This document shows positions 58,603 through 64,000 of a stretch of 64,000 nucleotides of DNA, piece by piece; position 1 is the stretch's first letter, and each line of letters starts with the position of its first letter. Both the position numbers and the translations under genes were made by a program. The notes beneath the pieces were generated by a model, which saw only the letters and a list, made by a program, of their open reading frames with translations, did no database searches and was not told the DNA's origin. Origin of the DNA: Bacteroidia bacterium (GTDB taxonomy: Bacteria > Bacteroidota > Bacteroidia > JABEUT01); contig JBKQUY010000045.1 of the NCBI GenBank assembly GCA_052325425.1, positions 26,739 through 90,738 on the forward strand. Reading direction: 5' to 3'.

Positions 58603-58851
58603 GGATTAGGGATAAGCAAATGCCATTTTTACTTGTAAAAAAATTTTACTAACCATTTTGTTTATTCCCGCAATTCTGCGGGATTAGCAAATAGTGATTA
58701 AAACATCTTGTTAGTAAATAATTTGCTTAACATATTAAATAATTGTGTAACTTCGCATTGCGAATGGAACGCATGCAAAATGGTGAATGGTAAATTGTGA
58801 ATTGTGAACGAAAGACCACTTGTATTAATTACGAATTATTCGTACATCAAT

Positions 58852-59133
58852 TATTTATTTTGGAACTCATGAGGGCTTGCGCCGTTAAAAATTACGAAAT
58901 ATATTCACGAGTTCAAAAACAGAAAGCGCTTCACGAGTAATTACGGATGAGGGAGATTAATTAAAAATTAGGAATGGAAAGGACAGGGGGGAGGCGGGAA
59001 AAAATATTGGCATTGTATAAATTATTGATAATCAATTATATATAAAAATGCCCTATGCCAAATAGTGCCAAAAGATGCCAAATCATGCCAAAAAGCGCCA
59101 AGTGTTAAAATAAAGATGCCAAATCATGCCAAT
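58852..59133 (+). repeat. dispersed repeat, copy B, ending in a 7-unit TGCCAAA array phased at 10 bp
   Basis: Blocks shared with copy A. Heptamers start at 59056, 59066, 59076, 59086, 59096 (CGCCAAG), 59117 and 59127. An inverted TTGGCA lies just upstream. Confidence 0.7.
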
Positions 59134-59438
59134 TTTAGAGTGAAGAATTAAGAGTTAAGATGCGTTTGCTGACGATAAATATCAGCATCATAACCGAAGC
59201 GTAATGACTCTGCGTGAACTGTATTCTCTAAAGATGCTAAAAAATTTATCAAATATGATATATATAATTTATAACCAATTGCTTAACTGTTGTTTAATCA
59301 ACTGATACTTTCGGGTTCCACTTTTTAGCCCCCTGGTACCACTCAACCAACTAAATATCAATACTTTAAGCAAAGTGGCATCCCTCAAAAGTGGAACTTT
59401 TTGAAACCCTCTATAAACAAATGATACTTAAAATGTTT

Positions 59439-59957
59439 CTAGTTATTGCCGGTAGAAAAATCCTGGTTGGAGTAGGGAGGGCGCTCAGGTATTTGTATTT
59501 TGTTAAAGTCGTAATGCACGGCTTTATGGCAATTGTTGCAGGCATTGGTAAATGCATTAAACTTCTCCGAAAACTCATGAACATCCATGCTTTTAATGGC
59601 TTTCTGCAAACTGTCTAACTGGGGAAATATCATGGGCTTTAAAAGCTTTACCTCTTTTCGGTCCGGTTCAAGGTCCTGCGCCTGTTCAATGGTTTCCTTT
59701 ATTTCATCATATTCAAATTGTGCCAGTGGCCAGTTTTCTTCACGTCCGGCAAACCACAGCTTGTTATGGTGTACCTGCAGTTCTAACATAAAATCTCCCA
59801 GGTCGGGCTTAATGGCAGCAACCAATTTTTTCAGGCTGTCGGTCTGCACATTTAATGCATTTATTTCCGACTGCAAATCTTTCAGTTTGGAGGCATTATC
59901 ACTGCAGCCTGTTAATATGAAGAGCAGTGCGGCGGCGGGAATCAACAATGTTTTCAT
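59439..59957 (-). CDS. helical lipoprotein with C-terminal CxxCH heme-binding motif (class II cytochrome c-like)
   Basis: Lipobox LTGC. Single CNNCH about 25 aa from the C-terminus. 172 aa. Confidence 0.5.
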   Translation of the reverse strand: MKTLLIPAAALLFILTGCSDNASKLKDLQSEINALNVQTDSLKKLVAAIKPDLGDFMLELQVHHNKLWFAGREENWPLAQFEYDEIKETIEQAQDLEPDRKEVKLLKPMIFPQLDSLQKAIKSMDVHEFSEKFNAFTNACNNCHKAVHYDFNKIQIPERPPYSNQDFSTGNN

Positions 59958-59992
59958 AAAACGTATTTATTACCAATGTTTAATGATGAAGC

Positions 59993-60655
59993 CTACTTGT
60001 TGTGCTTCGTCAAGGTTATTAATGGTTTATCAATGCCGGCAAATTTATTCAGTGTCTTCCAATTGGAAAGCATTTTATAGGTTGATATTGCACAACCCAC
60101 GCCTATAGCCGAAGCGGCCACAACATCGGTAATAAAATGTTCGGCCAGGTATATGCGGGAATAACCAATTAAAAATGCACAAATGAAGAACAACAATTTA
60201 TAAAACGATTTGCTTGAAATAAGCGCCAACAGGCAAAATAAGCCAAAGGAAATGGCAGTGTGGCCCGAAGGGAAACTGTCCCAGGAATAAATATCAACCC
60301 CGGGCACATGGTAATAGCTAAGGTTCAACTGCTCATAAACTACCGATGGGCGAGGCGCATTCAGGGCAAACTTTATGCTATCGTTTATCATAAATGTCAA
60401 CAGAAAACAAACTACTGCCATAATCATGTACCGGAATCGTACAAAAGCCAATACCAGCGCAACAGGAATTATAAGGTATCCCAGCCCGACATTGGTCCAG
60501 TACTTAAAAAAGAAATCAGTAATTAGGCTGTTATGCCCGTTAATAAATAGGGAACAATCAATTTTACCCCATTGCATAATACAGACTGTAGCGGCAAGAA
60601 GAAAGAGTAAATATGGAATAAAGAATGCTGAATTTTTTTTCAGAATATCATACAT
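59993..60655 (-). CDS. PAP2-family phosphatase (membrane)
   Basis: KFALNAPRP, PSGHTA and SRIYLAEHFITDV motifs. Confidence 0.85.
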   Translation of the reverse strand: MYDILKKNSAFFIPYLLFLLAATVCIMQWGKIDCSLFINGHNSLITDFFFKYWTNVGLGYLIIPVALVLAFVRFRYMIMAVVCFLLTFMINDSIKFALNAPRPSVVYEQLNLSYYHVPGVDIYSWDSFPSGHTAISFGLFCLLALISSKSFYKLLFFICAFLIGYSRIYLAEHFITDVVAASAIGVGCAISTYKMLSNWKTLNKFAGIDKPLITLTKHNK

Positions 60656-61419
60656 CAGGATGAGCCTAAAGCATGTAACAGGTCATGTATCTGGGCGTTC
60701 CACAGCAGGCGGGCGCTTTCCATTTCTTCTTTTGTATCGGCAAAATCGCTTATTATGAGAGCAACTTCATTGGTAAGGTCATCAATCTGCAGGCGGAACT
60801 CAAAATATTTTCTGTCCGATTGGTCGAGCCAGCGAAAACGGACAAATTCCCGTTCCCTTAAAGCCAGTAGGTTAGCCTGTTTCAGCTCATCGTTGCCCCA
60901 ACTGAAAACGAAAGTATTTTCTTTAATATATACCCTTGGCGCAAACCATTTTTCAAGGCCTCCGGCAGTTGATAAAAACTCAAACAGCACATCGGGAGAA
61001 GAAGTTACGACATATTCCAGCTTGTATAATCCCTTGGTGTTCTTTCCATCATCTTTTATCTCCGACGGAACCAATGGCCTGGGCGGTAACACTACAAAGC
61101 GCTTTTTAGGTGCCGGCGCAGCGCGTTTAGGTTTTTGTACCGGAATATCTTTGGGCTTTGCAGCTTTTGGGTCAGGTTTCGGAGCAACTTTTTTAGGGAT
61201 AACTTTAGCTTTGGGAACCGGCTTCTTGGCTATCGTTTTGACTTTTACAGCCTGTTTTACAACCTTCTTTTTTATAGGCTTTGCAGTAGCTTTTTTAGGA
61301 ACAATTTTTTTTACCGGCTTTTTCGGAGCAGGCTTTTTAGCGGCAGGCTTTTTTGGAGCAGGTTTTTTAGCAGAAGCTTTTTTAGGCTTTTTTGCACTGC
61401 TTTTATCTTTTTTCTTCAT
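60655..61419 (-). CDS. Lys/Pro/Ala-rich (histone H1-like) N-terminal region fused to a START/SRPBCC-like domain
   Basis: About 110 aa of KKPAPKKPAAKKP-type repeats, then a ~140-aa globular domain (YKLEYVV.SSPDVLFEFLST.GGLEKWF). ATGA overlap with the PAP2 gene. Confidence 0.65.
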   Translation of the reverse strand: MKKKDKSSAKKPKKASAKKPAPKKPAAKKPAPKKPVKKIVPKKATAKPIKKKVVKQAVKVKTIAKKPVPKAKVIPKKVAPKPDPKAAKPKDIPVQKPKRAAPAPKKRFVVLPPRPLVPSEIKDDGKNTKGLYKLEYVVTSSPDVLFEFLSTAGGLEKWFAPRVYIKENTFVFSWGNDELKQANLLALREREFVRFRWLDQSDRKYFEFRLQIDDLTNEVALIISDFADTKEEMESARLLWNAQIHDLLHALGSS

Positions 61420-61555
61420 GTATGTTACCGGAATAGAATGGCAATAATAAAAAAATTATGATAGCAAATGCGTTATTTTTAATAACAGGTGAAAATTTTA
61501 CCTCTTTTTAAAATCATTATATTTGCGCCCCGATTTCAAAAAAGCGGCTAAGAAT

Positions 61556-61629
61556 GGCGAGGTAGCTCAGTTGGTAAGAGCGTCGGATTCATAACCCGGA
61601 GGTCGAGGGTTCAATTCCCTCTCTCGCTA
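61556..61629 (+). tRNA. tRNA with CAU anticodon (Met, or Ile2 if lysidine-modified)
   Basis: Cloverleaf folded by hand: acceptor GGCGAGG/TCTCGCT (two G-U pairs), D-arm GCTC-AGTTGGTAA-GAGC, anticodon loop TTCATAA, T-arm GAGGG-TTCAATT-CCCTC, discriminator A. CCA is not encoded. Confidence 0.85.
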
Positions 61630-61893
61630 CAAAACTTAAGACTTAGAATATATTTTTATCCACTATTTTTCAGATTATTTATCAAGATGGAAACCTATTG
61701 AAAACATTATTACTTAAACATTTTAGGTTAAAACAGTATCATTTACAAATTGGTTTTGGATTATTAATAATTTGACAAATTTTGTGATGTTTTATCAAAA
61801 AAATATTTTACCTTTGTTAAAGTTGCTATGTGGAACTCTTTAACAGGAATTTTAATCAGGTTTATTTTTCACACTAAATAAAACTTAAATCCT

Positions 61894-62829
61894 ATGAAAA
61901 AAATCTTTACTCTAATCACAATTTTTACAATTTCTATTACCGGCCTTTGGGCTCAGGCAGATACAGCTTCATCTGCGGCAAACTGGAAAGCGACTCCCAA
62001 TCCGGGATTACAGGACTGGACATCAGAATCATCTTTCTTTGGCAATTATGAAGACCCGGACGGCTGGAATACTTCAAATCCTCAAACTGCCAGTATAGGG
62101 GAATATTGCGTTACACAGTTGACTTCTGGTACACACACCGGTTCTTACGCTGCAAAATTGACTACACTTGATATTGTAGGAAATATGGCTCCAGGTATTA
62201 TGACTACAGGTACAATACCTACATCAACTTCGGGTAATATTACCGGCGGTATTGCATATACCTTAAGGCCAGATAGCATTGTAGGATGGTTTGAATATAC
62301 TCCTGCAAGCGGTGATAATTGTTTTGCCGAGTGCGCTTTATTTAGTTCATCTGCTAATACAGATACTATTGCTATAGCTGATTTTAGTACAAAGCCAAAT
62401 GTAACTGTCAGTACCTGGACACGTTTTTCTGCTCCATTTGTTTATCGCAGTTCAAGTGCCGTTGCAAATTCATTATGGCTTATTTGTTCAAGCGGAAACT
62501 CTACCGGCGTTACCAACAGTACTATGAATGTGCAGGACTTAGCCATAATAATTAACAAAACCACCGGGATTGCAGAGCAAACAAACCCGGGTATATCGGT
62601 AACTATGAGTCCTAACCCTGCAACTAACCATGTGGTGGTTAATACTTCAAAAGCAAATACTATCCTGTCTCTATATGATATTGCAGGCCGCAAAGTTTCT
62701 GAGCAGAAATTATATTCTGGTGACAATATTATAGATGTAAATGCCTTTAACAATGGATTATATATCTATACCGTAACCGATGAAAATAGCCCGGCTGTAA
62801 GTACAGGCAAACTTATTATTCAAAAATAA
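61894..62829 (+). CDS. secreted protein with T9SS C-terminal domain
   Basis: Signal peptide. C-terminus MSPNPATNHVVV..LSLYDIAGRKV..GLYIYTVTDENSPAVSTGKLIIQK. Confidence 0.7.
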   Translation: MKKIFTLITIFTISITGLWAQADTASSAANWKATPNPGLQDWTSESSFFGNYEDPDGWNTSNPQTASIGEYCVTQLTSGTHTGSYAAKLTTLDIVGNMAPGIMTTGTIPTSTSGNITGGIAYTLRPDSIVGWFEYTPASGDNCFAECALFSSSANTDTIAIADFSTKPNVTVSTWTRFSAPFVYRSSSAVANSLWLICSSGNSTGVTNSTMNVQDLAIIINKTTGIAEQTNPGISVTMSPNPATNHVVVNTSKANTILSLYDIAGRKVSEQKLYSGDNIIDVNAFNNGLYIYTVTDENSPAVSTGKLIIQK

Positions 62830-62842
62830 ATTTTCGATTTGC

Positions 62843-62880
62843 AAAGGAATTCACGTGGTAGTTATTGCGTGAGTTCCTTT
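62843..62880 (+). terminator. long hairpin downstream of 61894..62829
   Basis: AAAGGAATTCACG-N12-CGTGAGTTCCTTT (one mismatch). The downstream T-tract is weak. Confidence 0.45.
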
Positions 62881-62910
62881 GTAATTTTAGTAACATTAAT
62901 AGGTATTCGA

Positions 62911-64000
62911 TTGAGAAAGAACTGCTACTTATTCCTTACTTTATTTTTAATACTTTATTCAGTTGCATCACTCCATGCACAGGGCACCGGAACGCTTAAA
63001 GGTATTGCAAAGGATGCCTCCACAAAAGAAACTCTGATTGGGGCGATTCTTTATAATATAAGCGATAAAGCACATGGTGTTATTACTGATATTAATGGAA
63101 ATTATGAATTATCATTAACCCCGGGAAAAGACACGGTTGTATGCACGATGATAAGTATGCAGCCCGATACTTTTATAGCTATAATTAGTGCTTCACAGGT
63201 TACAGAACATAATTTCCTTTTAAAATCGGGTTCACAGCAATTGGGGACATTTGTGGTTTCTGCCGGTAAATATGAACGGAAATTAGAGGAGATTACTGTT
63301 TCAATGGAAGTAATGAAGCCCTCGTTAATTGAAAACAAAAATTCTTCTAATATTAAAGATGCATTGGAACAAGTTCCGGGATTAAACATCCTTGATGGAG
63401 AGCCGCAGATTCGTGGGGGTAGCGGGTTTGATTTTGGAGTTGGAAGCAGGGTTGCCATTTTGATAGATGGCTTGCCTGCCATGTCGGGTGATGGAAGCGC
63501 TCTTGAATGGAGTTTTGTTCCACTTGAAAATGTAGAACAGGTTGAGGTTATTAAAGGCGCTTCTTCTGTAACGTATGGCTCCTCAGCATTAAGCGGAAGC
63601 ATTAATGTGAGGACTGCCTATGCAAAAGATGACCCGGAAACCATGGTATCTGTTTCTTCAGGATTATATAATACCCCATCTGTTCCCGGCACGCAATGGT
63701 GGAATGGGATGGCAAATTTTACAAGCACAAGCTTTATGCATGCTGAAAAATTCGGGCAATTAGATTTCGTTATTGGTGGCATGATTAAGTATGACCATGG
63801 CTATGTTGGCCCTCCGGCTCCTGCTCCGAATTTGGGCGCCCTGACAGACACTTTAAGAAACAACCAGGTTGGTGAGAAAACAGGGCGGATTAATTTTAAT
63901 TTAAGATACCGCCCTATAAATGCCCCAAAATTGAATTTCGGGATAAATGGAAATTTTATGCAATCAGATAATGGCACTACATTGACCTGGGAGAATGACA
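62911..64000 (+). CDS. TonB-dependent receptor (5' part; runs off the window)
   Basis: Hand translation stays open from TTG 62911 to the window end. Signal LFLTLFLILYSVASLHAQ, carboxypeptidase-regulatory-like GTLKGIAKDASTKETLIGA, and plug motifs IKDALEQVPGLN..IRGGSG..ILIDGLP..VEQVEVIKGASSVTYGSSALSGSINV. Absent from the ORF track because no stop falls in the window. Confidence 0.8.
   Translation, partial: MRKNCYLFLTLFLILYSVASLHAQGTGTLKGIAKDASTKETLIGAILYNISDKAHGVITDINGNYELSLTPGKDTVVCTMISMQPDTFIAIISASQVTEHNFLLKSGSQQLGTFVVSAGKYERKLEEITVSMEVMKPSLIENKNSSNIKDALEQVPGLNILDGEPQIRGGSGFDFGVGSRVAILIDGLPAMSGDGSALEWSFVPLENVEQVEVIKGASSVTYGSSALSGSINVRTAYAKDDPETMVSVSSGLYNTPSVPGTQWWNGMANFTSTSFMHAEKFGQLDFVIGGMIKYDHGYVGPPAPAPNLGALTDTLRNNQVGEKTGRINFNLRYRPINAPKLNFGINGNFMQSDNGTTLTWEND

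Noticed and set aside
59056-59133. The TGCCAAA arrays as a CRISPR array or coding tandem repeat
   Set aside because: The period is 10 bp with 3-nt spacers, far too short for CRISPR. No ORF spans the array.
59587-60108. 173-aa plus-strand ORF
   Set aside because: It is antisense to the CxxCH lipoprotein and PAP2 genes. The translation is Ser/Cys-rich with no motif.
60755-61461. Plus-strand ORFs 60755..61447 and 61135..61461
   Set aside because: They are antisense to the Lys/Pro/Ala-rich gene. Their F/G/L-rich low-complexity translations are the mirror image of the KKPAP repeats.
63102-63602. 166-aa minus-strand ORF
   Set aside because: It lies antisense to a clearly recognisable TonB-dependent receptor plug domain on the plus strand.

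Overview
This 64-kb window looks like a chromosomal segment from a low-GC Bacteroidota-type genome. At least seven large secreted proteins end in the ~80-aa type IX secretion (T9SS/Por) C-terminal sorting domain (..YPNP..G.YF.KV....FIKQ). Housekeeping genes are interspersed: tmk, cysC, lpxD, an acyl-CoA dehydrogenase, an aldehyde dehydrogenase, an M1 peptidase and a tRNA with a CAU anticodon. The left ~19 kb is accessory DNA. It begins inside a degraded integrative element carrying a Fic/HTH 'mobile mystery protein' pair, a polymerase-like remnant, an iteron-like noncoding block and an N-terminally truncated tyrosine integrase. This is followed by four same-orientation copies of a unit made of the 3' half of tRNA-Phe(GAA), a short spacer and a hairpin terminator. 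Three of the four copies are preceded by integrase arm-type direct repeats. These units bound gene modules that have no integrase of their own: T9SS cargo genes, a TetR-ABC1 kinase-MpaB-HXXEE operon, and a MarR-SDR-SnoaL-like set. I consider this array the most interesting structure in the window. Other notable items: (1) an AT-rich three-gene operon of unknown function lies between cysC and an aldehyde dehydrogenase. (2) A dispersed repeat carries TGCCAAA heptamers phased at exactly 10 bp. (3) REP-like perfect hairpins flank tmk. (4) A ~1065-aa repeat protein is frameshifted and has a C9 tract just before its start codon. (5) A ~2150-aa repetitive T9SS surface protein is present. (6) An ECF sigma cluster encodes a His/Gly/Cys-rich small membrane protein. 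No CRISPR array, rRNA or intact transposase was seen. All calls rest on motif recognition by eye. No database search was run.
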